A DNA stretch of 64,000 bases from assembly GCA_963707555.1 (NCBI GenBank), contig CAVPQM010000002.1, positions 28,690-92,689 of the forward strand, written 5' to 3'. Position numbers and translations under genes: made by a program. Shown here piece by piece: positions 1-10,365 of this stretch. Under the pieces are notes generated by a model. That model did no database searches. It was not told the origin of the DNA and saw only the letters and a list, made by a program, of their open reading frames with translations. Numbering within the stretch: the stretch's first letter is position 1; each line of letters begins with the position of its first letter. Source of the stretch: an uncultured Actinomycetota bacterium (lineage in GTDB: Bacteria; Actinomycetota; Acidimicrobiia; Acidimicrobiales; Microtrichaceae).

Positions 1-298
1 GGATCGAGGCGAGCATCGGGTACTTCGCCATCATCTGCTCGGCCGAGGCGAGCACCGTCTCGTTGGCGCAGGACGGACCCAGCACCACCACGACGGGCAC
101 CGTGCCGGTCAGTCGAGCGGCCAGATCGTCGATCGTGGCGAACGGCGTGACGCCGTCGCCGAGCATGCCCAGCATCCGGTCGAGGGTCGAGGGCTGCTCC
201 TCGACCACGGCGACCGAGACCCTGATCACGGTCGAGGGTTGCGGGACCGGCGTGGGGTCCTGGGATGCCACCGGGTCGACGTGGCTCGAAGTCATCAT
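1..298 (-). CDS. Flp/Tad pilus assembly protein CpaE/TadZ-like, N-terminal part only (gene runs off the window start)
   Basis: Hand translation of the minus strand from ATG 298 gives MMTSSHVDPVASQDPTPVPQPSTVIRVSVAVVEEQPSTLDRMLGMLGDGVTPFATIDDLAARLTGTVPVVVVLGPSCANETVLASAEQMMAKYPMLASI. It starts 9 nt after the cpaB stop. The receiver-like N-domain and position fit TadZ/CpaE. Absent from the ORF track because it is open-ended. Confidence 0.4.
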   Translation of the reverse strand, partial: MMTSSHVDPVASQDPTPVPQPSTVIRVSVAVVEEQPSTLDRMLGMLGDGVTPFATIDDLAARLTGTVPVVVVLGPSCANETVLASAEQMMAKYPMLASI

Positions 299-306
299 GT
301 GCTCGC

Positions 307-1195
307 TCACTGTCCGTCGTTCTCGGCGGACGCGTCGGGGTAGGCGGAGGTGCCGGTCTCACCGGGCAGGGTCGGGACGATCGGCTGGAACGGGATCGGG
401 ACCAGCTCGTAGTCCGGACGGTTCAGCGTCAGGTACAGCGACGACGACCGGATGCCGGCGAGCAGCACCGCCTGCTGCGGCGGGAGCTGGACGGTGATCA
501 GCCCCGAGGACTCCGGGGCGGCCTCCTCGGCGGGCGCGTCGCCGGACTGTGCGACGGGCACCCCGAGGCTCTGGCCGACGGCGAGCACCTTGACGTTCTG
601 GAAGGCGTAGACCGCAGGGGTCTGCAGGACGTAGCCGCCCGCACCACCGCTCAGGCCTCCTCCGCCCTCACCTTCGGCTTCGCCCTCGGCCGGCTCGACG
701 CCGGCGAGGATGTTGACCGAGTCACCCGGCTGCACCAGACCGGCGACGCCGGCGGAGTCGTCGACCGAGATGGTGATCGCCACGTTGCCCTTGTCGAGGC
801 TGGTCGACTTCGACCCGGTCAGGTCGGAGTCGGCCGACGAACATGTTCGAGGTGATGATCTCGCCACCGCCCAGGTCGACCGAGGCGACCTGCTCGGCGA
901 TCTCTGCGTTGCGCCGGACGGCCTGGGCCGGCAGATCGGCCTGTCGACGCTTGTCGACGGTGATCTGCTGGGCGGCGAGGGCGGCGTCGGCGGAGGTGCC
1001 CTTCGGGATCGGCCCCTTGGCGACGAGGACGTCGACGAGCTGGTTCTTCGCAGCGTTCTCGTTCTCGACCCCCTTCACGTAGTTCATGGTGAGGAAGGCA
1101 GCGAGGCCGCCGATCACGACCGCCCCGATGAGGATGAGTGTTCTGCGTGAACTCACTTGGTCTCGCTCCGTGTGCTGGGGACTCTCCACCGCCAT
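307..1195 (-). CDS. cpaB: Flp pilus assembly protein CpaB (1 apparent frameshift near 840)
   Basis: ORF piece 722..1195 carries the N-terminal TM plus SAF-like domain (RRTLILIGAVVIGGLAAFLTMNYV ... VASVDLGGGEIITSNMFV). Piece 307..867 carries the C-terminal CpaB/RcpC domain (GNVAITISVDDSAGVAGLVQPGDSVNILAG ... LYLTLNRP). They are consecutive halves of one protein. Alternative start GTG 1156 has GGAG 9 nt upstream. Confidence 0.75.
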
Positions 1196-1337
1196 CGGTA
1201 CGTGGACGGCGTCCTAGATCAACTGATTCGACCGAAACCCAGGTGGGCTTAAAGAATCAGTTCGGATGGGTTCGCAGAATCATCGGGGGGCCGGTCGGCC
1301 CAGGGCCCCGGCGGACGCCACGGTGCGCCCGGACGCG

Positions 1338-1368
1338 CAGGAGCCCCGCTCGATGAGCGGGGCTCCTG
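1338..1368 (-). terminator. Stem-loop downstream of rpsA (14-bp perfect stem, 3-nt loop)
   Basis: caggagccccgctc (1338-1351), gat, gagcggggctcctg (1355-1368), about 50 nt after the corrected rpsA stop. No U-tract follows, as is common in high-GC actinobacteria. Confidence 0.5.
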
Positions 1369-1414
1369 GAGTTCATGGATCGATGTCGTCCCACCGGTGT
1401 CCGGTGGCACCGGC

Positions 1415-2835
1415 TCAGGCCTCGGGGTCGCCCTCGACGGGGGCTGCCTCTGCCTCGGCGACGTCCTCGACGTCGACTGCGGCGTCGGCTGGCGCTCGGT
1501 CGCCTCGGCGCCCTCGGCCGGCAACGGGTTGCCCTCCGGGTCGAGGCCCTGCTCGGCGTAGTACTCCGCCCAGGCCTCCTGGCCCTCGGAGGTGCCGTCG
1601 AACTCACCGGTGTAGTTGCCCTCGGCGTCGTAGTTCTGCTCGCCGAAGTGCTGCTGGTACTCGGCTGCCACGATGCCGCCCTCGGCGGCCTGCTTGATCG
1701 ACAGCGAGATGCGGCGACGGTCGAGGTCGAGGTCGATGATCTTGACCCACAGCTCCTCGGCCGGGGTGACGACCTGCTCGGGCAGGTCCACGTGGTGGGC
1801 GGACATCTCGGAGATGTGCACCAGACCCTCGATGCCGTCGCCGACCTGGATGAAGGCACCGAAGGGCACCAGCTTGGTGACACGGCCGTAGACCAGCTCG
1901 CCGACCTGGTGGTTGGAGGCGAACTCCTGCCACGGATCCTGCTGGGTGGCCTTCAGCGACAGCGAGATGCGCTCGCGGTCGAGGTCGACCTCGAGCACCT
2001 CGACCTCGACCTCGTCGCCGACGGCGACGACCGAGCCCGGGTGGTCGACGTGCTTCCAGGAGAGCTCGGAGACGTGGATGAGTCCGTCCATGCCGCCGAG
2101 GTCCACGAAGGCACCGAAGTTGACGACGCTGGACACGACGCCCTTGCGACGCTCGCCCGGCTTGAGGTTCGCCAGGAAGTCCTCGCGCTGCTCCTTCTGG
2201 GTCTCTTCGAGCCATGCACGACGGGACAGCACCACGTTGTTGCGGTTCTTGTCGAGCTCGATGATCTTGGCCTCGAGCGTCTTGCCGACGTAGGGCTGCA
2301 GGTCGCGCACACGACGCAGCTCGACCAGCGACGCCGGGAGGAAGCCGCGCAGACCGATGTCGATGATGAGACCGCCCTTGACGACCTCGATGACCGGACC
2401 GGAGACGACGCCGTCGTCTTCCTTGACCTTCTCGATGGTGCCCCACGCACGCTCGTACTGCGCACGCTTCTTCGAGAGGATCAGGCGACCCTCCTTGTCC
2501 TCCTTCTGGAGGACGAGCGCCTCGACCTCGTCGCCGATCGAGACGACCTCGGAGGGGTCGACCTCGTTGCGGATCGAGAGCTCGCGGTTGGGGATGACGC
2601 CCTCGGACTTGTAGCCGATGTCGAGCAGGACCTCGTCCCGGTCGACCTTCACCACCGTGCCCTGGACCAGCTGTCCGTCCTCGACGGCGACCATGCTGGC
2701 TGCGTAGGCGTCGTCGAGCGAGACGTCACCGAGGTCGTCGAAGGTGATCTGGCGGGGAACGTATGCATCGTCGCCGATGGTTGCGACCGCGTCCTGCGGC
2801 TCGGCGTCTGCGGGTGTGGTGGTGGTGTCGGACAC
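1415..2835 (-). CDS. rpsA: 30S ribosomal protein S1 (1 apparent frameshift near 1488 at the 3' end)
   Basis: ORF 1249..2877 contains repeated S1 domains: GTVVKVDRDEVLLDIGYKSEGVIP, GPVIEVVKGGLIIDIGLRGFLPAS, GVVSSVVNFGAFVDLGGMDGLIHVSEL, GRVTKLVPFGAFIQVGDGIEGLVHISEM. Likely start is GTG 2835 (VSDTTTT). Restoring one G (CCGAC to CCGGAC) near 1488 gives the acidic tail DAAVDVEDVAEAEAAPVEGDPEA and TGA at 1415-1417. The literal ORF reads on to 1249. Confidence 0.9.
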
Positions 2836-2989
2836 GTAGAGGCTTCTTCGATACTCGAGGGATGGGCCGAGGCCCACCGGGCGCGCGGGATGCGCGATCC
2901 GGAGAGGCCAGGTTACCCCTCTCGACGACCGGGCCGAAAGCCCTGTCCGGCGCCACGTCGAGCGACGCCGCAGCGCTCACCGGGCCTGG

Positions 2990-3782
2990 TCAACCCGGGC
3001 GGGACGCGAGGAGCAGGAACTCGGGGGTCTCGGCGCTGGGCGCCGCCCTGCCGTAGGCCCCCGGAGTGACCGACCAGATGTCCTCCACCTGCAGATCGCA
3101 GCGTTCGGCGAGCATCCGCAGCTCACGTGGCGTGTAGCAGGTGGTCCACAGCTCGGCCGGGACGGTGACCCCCGAGGAGTCCCGGATCTCGGTGTGCTCG
3201 TGGTTCACCGCGCTCGCCGCGTCGAAGGCGTCGTGGTCCTCGAGCCAGCGCACCTGGAAGTAGGACGAGAACGCCGAGACCGCGACCCGCCCCCCGGGCG
3301 CGAGCGCCGCGCGGATCCCCCGCAGCACCGAGGTGTCGGGGGCGAGGTTCTGCGGGTCGTCCGCGGCGGTCGGGCCGCCGAGCCCGAACGCGCCCTGGCA
3401 CAGCGAGATCGCCGCATCGACCCCACCGGCCGGTCGCAGCGACCCGTCGAGGCGGGCATCGCCGACCATCGCTCGTGCATCGGCGCGGTGGAACTCGGTC
3501 AGCGCGTCCGACGCCCTCTCGTGCCGCGAGCTCACGAGCGACCGAGACGAATCGCTCGCTGATGTCGACCCCGACGGCCCGGATGCCCCTGCGGGCCAGG
3601 GCGATGCAGTGCCGACCGGGGCCGCACCCGACGTCGAGCACCGTCATCCCGGGCTCCAGGCCGAGCGCGTCGATCAGGAAGGTGACCTCCTGGTCGGTCC
3701 CCATCGTGAACGAGTAGCGCAGGTACGCCGGCCCGACGTGATCGGCGATGTCCTCGAACCAGTGACGTTCGGGCTCGCTCAT
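2990..3782 (-). CDS. Class I SAM-dependent methyltransferase (1 apparent frameshift near 3525)
   Basis: Piece 3123..3848 (N-terminus with SAM motif VLDVGCGPGRH) and piece 2990..3535 (C-terminus) join near 3525. Three in-frame ATGs (3782, 3806, 3830) lie inside a 24-bp tandem repeat. The innermost is chosen; the start is uncertain. Confidence 0.7.
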
Positions 3783-3840
3783 CCCTTCGCTGTCGGACTG
3801 GCTCATCCCTTCGCTGTCGGAAGGGCTCATCCCTTCGCGG
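3777..3840. repeat. 24-bp tandem repeat, about 2.7 copies, across the polA stop and methyltransferase start
   Basis: gctcatcccttcgctgtcggactg (3777-3800), gctcatcccttcgctgtcggaagg (3801-3824), gctcatcccttcgcgg (3825-3840). The third copy contains the polA TGA (3827-3829). Confidence 0.85.
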
Positions 3841-6511
3841 CGGCCCACGAGGGGCCATGGGACAGGTTCACCTCGAGGGGGACCCGCAGGTCGAACGCGG
3901 CGGACATCGCGTCGAGCACGACCTCGTCAGCGGCGTCCCGCTCGTCCGGCGGCACCTCGAGGATCACCTCGTCGTGCACCTGGAGGATCAACCGGCTGCG
4001 GAGGTCGCTCGCTTCGAGGGCGGCGTCGAGTCGGACCAACGCCACCTTGAAGATGTCGGCCGCGAGGCCCTGGATCGGGGCGTTCATGGCCTGGCGCTCC
4101 CCCGCCATGCGCACGTTGCGCTGGCCCGAGGCGAGCTCGGGGATCTTGCGGCGGCGGCCGAAGACGGTCTCGGTGTAGCCGCGCTCGCGGGCCTCGTCGA
4201 CGGTGCGCTCCATGAACGCCTTCACGCTGGGGAACGCCACGAAGTACGCGTCGAGGATCTCCTGCGCCTCGCCGGTGGGGATGCCGAGGCGCTGGCCGAG
4301 GCCGTAGGCCTCCATGCCGTAGGCCAGGCCGTAGGACACCATCTTCGACTTGGAGCGCTGCGCGTGGGTCACGTCGTCGGCGTCGACGCCGAAGATCCGC
4401 GCCGCGGTCGTCGAGTGGATGTCCTGGCCGGTGGTGAAGGCTTCGATCAGGCCCGGGTCCTCGGCCAGGTGGGCGATCACCCGCAGCTCGATCTGGTTGT
4501 AGTCCGCCACGAGGAACTCGTAGCCCTCGGCCGGCACGAACGCCTCGCGGAAGCGGCGCCCCTCGTCCGAGCGCACCGGGATGTTGTGCAGGTTGGGCGG
4601 CGTCCGAGGACAGCCGACCCGTCCGGGCGACGGTCTGGTTGAACGTGGCGTGGATGCGACCGTCCGCGGCGACCTCGGCGATGAGGCCCTCGCCGTAGGT
4701 CGACCGGAGCTTCTCGACCTCTCGGTAGCGCAGCAGGTGCTCGATGATCGGGTGCTCGTCGCGCAGCTTCTCGAGCGTCGCCTGGTCGGTCGAGTAGCCG
4801 GTCTTGGTCTTCTTGCCGGGTGTGAGACCGAGCTTGTCGAACAGGATCGCTCGCATCTGCGGCGTGGAGTTGACGTTGAAGTCCTCCCCCGCCGCCTCGA
4901 TGATCGCGGCCCGCTCGGACTCGGCCTCGGCGGTGAGGGAGTCGTAGAGGCCGCGGAGCACGTCGATGTCGACCGCGATGCCGAGGTGCTCCATCTTGGC
5001 GAGCACCCGGACCAACGGCACCTCGATGTCGTCGTTGAGGCCGGTCAGCCCGTGCGCCTCGAGCGACTTCGACAGGGGCTCGACGAGCTTCGCCACCGCC
5101 AGGGCGTCCCGACCGGCGATCTGCGCGACCGACGAGCCGCCCCCGTCGAAGTCGAGCTGGCCCTCCGGGGCGGACCGGTCGTCCGCGAGCTCGAGCTCGG
5201 CGTGGCGGCGCAGCAGCTCGGCCAGGCCGTAGAGCGTGCCCGCCGGGTCGAGCAGGTAGGCGGCCAACTTGGTGTCGAGGTGCAGACCGGTCATGTCGGC
5301 ACCCATGTCGAGCAGGGACCGCACGAGCGGCTTGGCGTCGTGGACCGCGACCTGCGCGGTGCCGCTGAGCACGCTGCCGCAGCTCGTCGATCAGGTCGCC
5401 CAGCAGGTCGCCCGGGATCCAGGCGACCTCGGCGACCTCGACGTCGGTCACCACGGCCAGGCCGTCGAGGGCGCTGCGTCCGGGCACACCGGCCCAGCTG
5501 CCGGCGACGGCGACGGAGTCGTGCGCGGCCAGCCCAGCGAGCACGGCGGCCGCCTCGTCACGGGTGTCGGCGACGGTGACCTCGGCCTCGAGGACCTCGA
5601 CCGCGGGCAGCGCCGCTGCGGCGCCGTCGCCGAAGCGGTCCGGGAAGGCCTCGGGGAGCCGCGGCACCAGCGACGGGAACTCCAGGAACTTGAACAGCTC
5701 GAGCACCTCGTCGGTGTCGAAGTCGCCCTGCACCAACGCCTCGGGGGCGATGTCGAGTGCGACGTCGCGCACGAGCGTCATCATCTCGACGTTGGAGCGT
5801 GCCTGCTGCTCGTGGACCGTCAGGTTCTCGCGCAGCTTCGGCGTCTGGTCCGCGACGTTGGCGAAGATGCCGTCCAGGTCGCCGTACTTGTTGATCAGCT
5901 TGGCGGCGGTCTTCTCGCCGACACCGGGCACGCCGGGCAGGTTGTCGGAGGGATCGCCCCGCAGCGCCGCGTAGAACACGTACTGCTCGGGGCGGACGCC
6001 GGTGCGCTCGAGGATGCCGGCCTCGTCGTAGAAGCGCGTAGTCCGAGACACCACGCTTGTTGTAGAGCACCCGGACGTGCGGGTCGCGCACCAGCTGGTA
6101 GCTGTCGCGGTCACCGGTGACGATGATGACGTCGTCGCCGGCCGCCTCGGCCTGCATGGCGAGCGTGGCGATGACGTCGTCGGCCTCGTAGCCGGGCTGG
6201 GTGACCACCGGCAGCTGCAGGGTGTCGACGACCTGGCGGACCAGGCCCATCTGCTGGCGCAGGATGTCGGGTGTCGCGTCGCGGTTCGCCTTGTAGGTGT
6301 CGACCATCTCGTGGCGGAACGTCTTCTGGGGCAGGTCGAAGGTGACCACGACCCGGTCCGGACGGTGGTCGCGGACCAGGTTCAACAGCATCGACGTGAA
6401 GCCGAACACGGCGTTGGTCACCTGCCCCGACGCCGTCGCCATGTCGGTCGGCAGGGCGAAGAACGCCCGGTACGTCAGAGAGTTCCCGTCGATCAGCATC
6501 AGCGTCGGCAC
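3827..6511 (-). CDS. polA: DNA polymerase I (3 apparent frameshifts near 6035, 5380, 4605)
   Basis: Four ORF pieces form one PolA in order. 5558..6511 is the 5'-3' exonuclease (MLIDGNSLTYRAFFALP ... IVTGDRDSYQL). 4477..6114 is the HhH and linker (GDPSDNLPGVPGVGEKTAAKLI). 3927..5372 is the 3'-5' exo-like domain and thumb. 3827..4576 is the palm/fingers (ADYNQIELRVIAHL, QVHDEVILEV). Confidence 0.9.
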
Positions 6512-6576
6512 GCCGCCGACAGTACAGCCGGGCGGATCGGCGCGACCTCGCCGCCCGACCGGCCGATCGAGGCCGA

Positions 6577-7152
6577 TCAGGGGGTGAGCGTGCCCGCCAG
6601 GACCTCGTCGGCGACGACGCGCATCTGGCGACGTGACGACATGGCCTGCTTCTGCAGGAACTCGAACGCAGCCTGCTCGTCGAGGCCGTGGCGGTCCATC
6701 AGCAGGCCCTTGGCCCGGTCGAGCAGCTTGCGAGTCTCGAGGCGCTCCTCGGCGTCGACGATCTGGTCGAGCAGCGCACGTTCCGCACGGAACCGGGCGA
6801 TCGCGACCTCGATCGCCGGGGCCAGGTCGTGTCGTTCGAACGGCTTGACGACGTATCCGTGCACGCCGGCGTCGCTGGCCTCCTCGATCAGCTCTCGCTG
6901 CGAGAAGGCGGTGACGAGGACGACGGCGCTGAGATGCTCGTGGTTGATCTCGCGTGCCGCCGAGATGCCGTCCAGGCCGGGCATCTTGATGTCGAGCAGC
7001 GCGACGTCGGGCTGGTGCTCACGGACGAGGGCGACCGCTTCGTCGCCGCGGCCGCACTCGGCGACCACCTCGTACCCCTCTTCCTCCAGGAGCTCCCGGA
7101 GGTCCATGCGAATGATGGCTTCGTCTTCTGCGACGACGACTCTGGTCGGCAC
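6577..7152 (-). CDS. pdtaR: ANTAR-domain response regulator (PdtaR-like)
   Basis: Intact 191-aa ORF. Receiver domain (VVVAEDEAIIRMDL ... LLDIKMPGLDG ... VVKPF) plus C-terminal ANTAR helix bundle (LETRKLLDRAKGLLMDRHGLDEQAAFEFLQKQAMSSRRQMRVVADEVL). Adjacent to polA as in mycobacteria. Confidence 0.85.
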   Translation of the reverse strand: MPTRVVVAEDEAIIRMDLRELLEEEGYEVVAECGRGDEAVALVREHQPDVALLDIKMPGLDGISAAREINHEHLSAVVLVTAFSQRELIEEASDAGVHGYVVKPFERHDLAPAIEVAIARFRAERALLDQIVDAEERLETRKLLDRAKGLLMDRHGLDEQAAFEFLQKQAMSSRRQMRVVADEVLAGTLTP

Positions 7153-7288
7153 CGTTGCCTTCCTCGTTCCTGCTGCGGTCTACGACGACTCGGTCACTGC
7201 TGGACGGTCGAGTGTAGGCGGGTCATGTTGCGTTCGGGTTTCCTGCCCATCAACGGCGAGGAGTCGACGTCATCGAGGGAACCGGCCC

Positions 7289-7579
7289 TCAGCGCCGTTT
7301 CGCGGAGAGCTTGTCGAGCAGGTCGTCCTGTTCCGCTTCGAACCGGGCGATCGACTCGAGCAGATCGGACCGATGGCGGGCCATCGCGGTCGAGGTCCGC
7401 TCGGCGTCGCGGTGCTCCTCGTCGGCGAGCGGGGTCTCCGAGACCATCGCCCGGATCCGCGAGTCGTCGGTGATGTCCGCGAGGTGTTCGAGCTGTTCGT
7501 CGGTGATCGTGAGCTCCTGTCGCAACGACGACAGCCGTCGGCCCACGGCTCGCAGACGTCGTTCGATCAGGAAGGACAC
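7289..7579 (-). CDS. Hypothetical small helical (coiled-coil-like) protein
   Basis: Intact 96-aa ORF with high GC3. The charged heptad-like sequence is LSSLRQELTITDEQLEHLADI ... ESIARFEAEQDDLLDKL. No family recognised. Confidence 0.45.
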   Translation of the reverse strand: MSFLIERRLRAVGRRLSSLRQELTITDEQLEHLADITDDSRIRAMVSETPLADEEHRDAERTSTAMARHRSDLLESIARFEAEQDDLLDKLSAKRR

Positions 7580-7612
7580 ATCGTCATCCTACGGGTGGGG
7601 CACACTTCGGAG

Positions 7613-9481
7613 ATGACTCCGATGGACGCGTGGAACGTCGCGGACGGCTGGACCGGCACCGATGGGCGGTGGCATGTGGTCGATCCCGACTCCCGGGCTG
7701 CGCTGCGTGCCGCGCAGGGCGCGGAGCTCCACCCGGACGGCCCGCCCGCAGCGCCGCCCCAGTGGTTCGTCCGACGAGGTGAACGCCACCGGCTGTGGTC
7801 GGGGTGCGTCCTCGAGCTCGAGGACGGCTCGACGGTCGGCCCGGTGCACGAGCTCGACCCCGATCTGCCCCTCGGCGTGCACCGACTGGTGCCCGAGGAC
7901 GGCGGGCCGGCGACGACCCTGTTCATCGTCCCGGCACGGGTGTCGACCCCCGGACGGACATGGGGCTGGTCGACGCAGCTCTACGCCACCAGGTCGCGTG
8001 CCAGCTGGGGGCAGGGCGACCTGGGCGACCTGGCGCGGCTCGCCGAGTGGGCGGAGTCCTCGGGTGCCTCGCTGCTCGCCCACAACCCGCTGGGCGCCTC
8101 GCTGCCCGTGGAACCCCAGCAACCGTCGCCCTACTACACGTCGTCGCGGCGGTTCCTGTCGCCGCTGTACCTGGACGTCACCGCCGTCCGCGGTGCCCGC
8201 TCGATCGGAGCGGACCTGGAGCGGGCAGCAGCGGCCGGAGCGGCACTCAACGCCTCCGAGCTGATCGACCGCGACCAGGTCTGGCGGCTCAAGCTGGCCG
8301 CCCTCGAGGACATCTGGTCGCAGCTGCGCGAGTCGGGATCGGTCCGTCGCCACTGGCCCGTCGACGACCTGGCCGAGCAGCACGCGTTGTTCTGCGCGCT
8401 CGCCGAGCACCACGGCAGCGGCTGGCCCGAGTGGCCCGAGGCACACCGGCACCCCGATCTGTCCACGGTCGCGGCGTTCGCCGACGAGCACCGGGACCGG
8501 GTCGACTTCTGGCGGTGGTTGCAGGTCGAGACCGAGGAGCAGCTCATGGCTGCCGCCGGGGCGGGTGCCGGGCTGCTCGCAGATCTGCCGGTCGGCTTCG
8601 ACCCGTCGGGGTCGGACGCCTGGATCGATCAGGATCTGCTCGCCCTCGACTGCTCAATCGGCGCGCCGCCCGACGACCTCGGCCCGCTCGGCCAGAACTG
8701 GGGGCTTCCGCCGTACATCCCGTGGAAGCTGCGCGCAGCCGGGTATGCACCGTGGGTCGACACACTGCGACGCACCGTCGCGCACTGCTCGTCGCTGCGC
8801 GTCGACCACGTCATGGGGCTCTTCCGGCTGTTCTGGATCCCACCGGGTGGCGACGCCCGCCACGGCGGCTACGTGTACCAGGGCGCGGCGGACGACTCGA
8901 GCGACCCGGTCGTCGAGCTGTTGGATCTGGCCGTCATGGAAGCGGTCCGTGCCGGTGCCGGTCTGGTCGGCGAGGACCTCGGCACCGTCGAGCCCGCGGT
9001 CCGCGATGCGATGACTCGACGTTCCGTGTTCGGTTACCGGATCGCCTGGTTCGAGGACGATGCACCCCGGGAGTGGCCCGTGGAGTCACTCGCCGCGCTG
9101 ACCACCCACGACCTGCCGACCGCCGCGGGGCTCTGGAGCGGGGACGACGAGCGGGCTCGCGTCGCCGCCGGACAGCCCGCGGACGAGCAGGCCGAGGCGA
9201 CGATGCGGGGCCGCCTGGCTTCGATCGCCGGCGTCGCACCCGACGACGAGATCGACACCCACGACCTGGTCGTCCGGGCCCACGAGGGACTCGCTGCGAG
9301 TGGCAGCGACCTGGCGATGGCCACCCTGGACGACGCGGTGGGCGTGCACCGCCGCCCGAACCTGCCGGGCACCATCGACGAGTACCCGAACTGGCGGCTC
9401 CCCCTGCCGGTGCCGATCGAGGACCTGGGCCCTGCGGGAGCGGACGAGATCGCCGCCGTGATGCGCGCTGCCGGCCGCTGA
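7613..9481 (+). CDS. malQ: 4-alpha-glucanotransferase (amylomaltase, GH77)
   Basis: This is the C-terminal 623 aa of the artefactual 6077..9481 ORF, starting at ATG 7613. GH77 signatures: DLPVGFDPSGSDAW, LGAPPDDLGPLGQNWGLPPY, LRVDHVMGLFRLFWIP, GEDLGTV, TTHDLPT, NLPGTIDEYPNWR. No frameshift. Confidence 0.9.
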   Translation: MTPMDAWNVADGWTGTDGRWHVVDPDSRAALRAAQGAELHPDGPPAAPPQWFVRRGERHRLWSGCVLELEDGSTVGPVHELDPDLPLGVHRLVPEDGGPATTLFIVPARVSTPGRTWGWSTQLYATRSRASWGQGDLGDLARLAEWAESSGASLLAHNPLGASLPVEPQQPSPYYTSSRRFLSPLYLDVTAVRGARSIGADLERAAAAGAALNASELIDRDQVWRLKLAALEDIWSQLRESGSVRRHWPVDDLAEQHALFCALAEHHGSGWPEWPEAHRHPDLSTVAAFADEHRDRVDFWRWLQVETEEQLMAAAGAGAGLLADLPVGFDPSGSDAWIDQDLLALDCSIGAPPDDLGPLGQNWGLPPYIPWKLRAAGYAPWVDTLRRTVAHCSSLRVDHVMGLFRLFWIPPGGDARHGGYVYQGAADDSSDPVVELLDLAVMEAVRAGAGLVGEDLGTVEPAVRDAMTRRSVFGYRIAWFEDDAPREWPVESLAALTTHDLPTAAGLWSGDDERARVAAGQPADEQAEATMRGRLASIAGVAPDDEIDTHDLVVRAHEGLAASGSDLAMATLDDAVGVHRRPNLPGTIDEYPNWRLPLPVPIEDLGPAGADEIAAVMRAAGR

Positions 9482-9530
9482 ACCGGTCGGTGGTCGCCCG
9501 CCGTCACCGCGGCGGTAGCGTCCCCACCCG

Positions 9531-10328
9531 ATGAGCACCGACGAGCACTCCAGACCGGCACTCGACATCCCCGGGATCACCAACCTGCGCGACGTCGGCG
9601 GTCAACGGACCGTCGAGGGCCGAACCGTGCGGCGCGGCCAGCTGTACCGCTCGGGCCAGCTGAACCATGCCGACGAGCACATGGGGCTGCTCGAGGGCCT
9701 GGACCTGGCCGTCGTCTACGACCTTCGCACCGGGGGTGAGGCCACCCACCTTCCCGACCGGCTCCCTGCGGGGGTCGATCTGGTGCACCTCGACGTGCTC
9801 GCCGGTGCCGAGTCGAGCCTGGCCGCGCACCTCGAGGACCTGTTCAGCGACCCGGTCGCGGCCGACGCAGTGCTGCGCAGCGGCGACATCAACGCCCACT
9901 ACCTGTCGACCTACCGAGGGCTCGTCAGCCTCTCGAGCGCGCAGGACTCCTATCGGACGCTCTACACCGACCTGGCCGGGCGCGCCGATGTCGCCCTGTT
10001 CCACTGCACCGCAGGCAAGGACCGCACCGGCTGGGCCGCTGCGGCGCTGCTGACGCTGCTGGGCGTGCCCTACGACGAGGTGCTGGCCGACTACCTGCTC
10101 AGCAGCCGACCGGTGGTCGAGTCCTTCCGCCCGATCATCGACCAGTTCGCCGCGGCCGGCGGTGACCCGGAGCTGCTCGAGCCGGTGTTCATGGTCGACC
10201 ACTCGTACCTGGACGCGGCGATCGACGAGGTGCAGCTCACGTTCGGGTCGATCGAGGGCTACTTCGCCGAGGGGCTGGGTCTGGACAACGACGTCCAGGA
10301 CGCCCTGCGGGCGCGCGACCTGGTCTGA
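9531..10328 (+). CDS. Protein-tyrosine phosphatase (Y_phosphatase3-like)
   Basis: Intact 265-aa ORF with the CX5R P-loop FHCTAGKDRTGWAAA. Confidence 0.8.
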   Translation: MSTDEHSRPALDIPGITNLRDVGGQRTVEGRTVRRGQLYRSGQLNHADEHMGLLEGLDLAVVYDLRTGGEATHLPDRLPAGVDLVHLDVLAGAESSLAAHLEDLFSDPVAADAVLRSGDINAHYLSTYRGLVSLSSAQDSYRTLYTDLAGRADVALFHCTAGKDRTGWAAAALLTLLGVPYDEVLADYLLSSRPVVESFRPIIDQFAAAGGDPELLEPVFMVDHSYLDAAIDEVQLTFGSIEGYFAEGLGLDNDVQDALRARDLV

Positions 10329-10365
10329 GGCACCGCAGCCCGATCCTCGGTCCGCCGCCGCGCCA

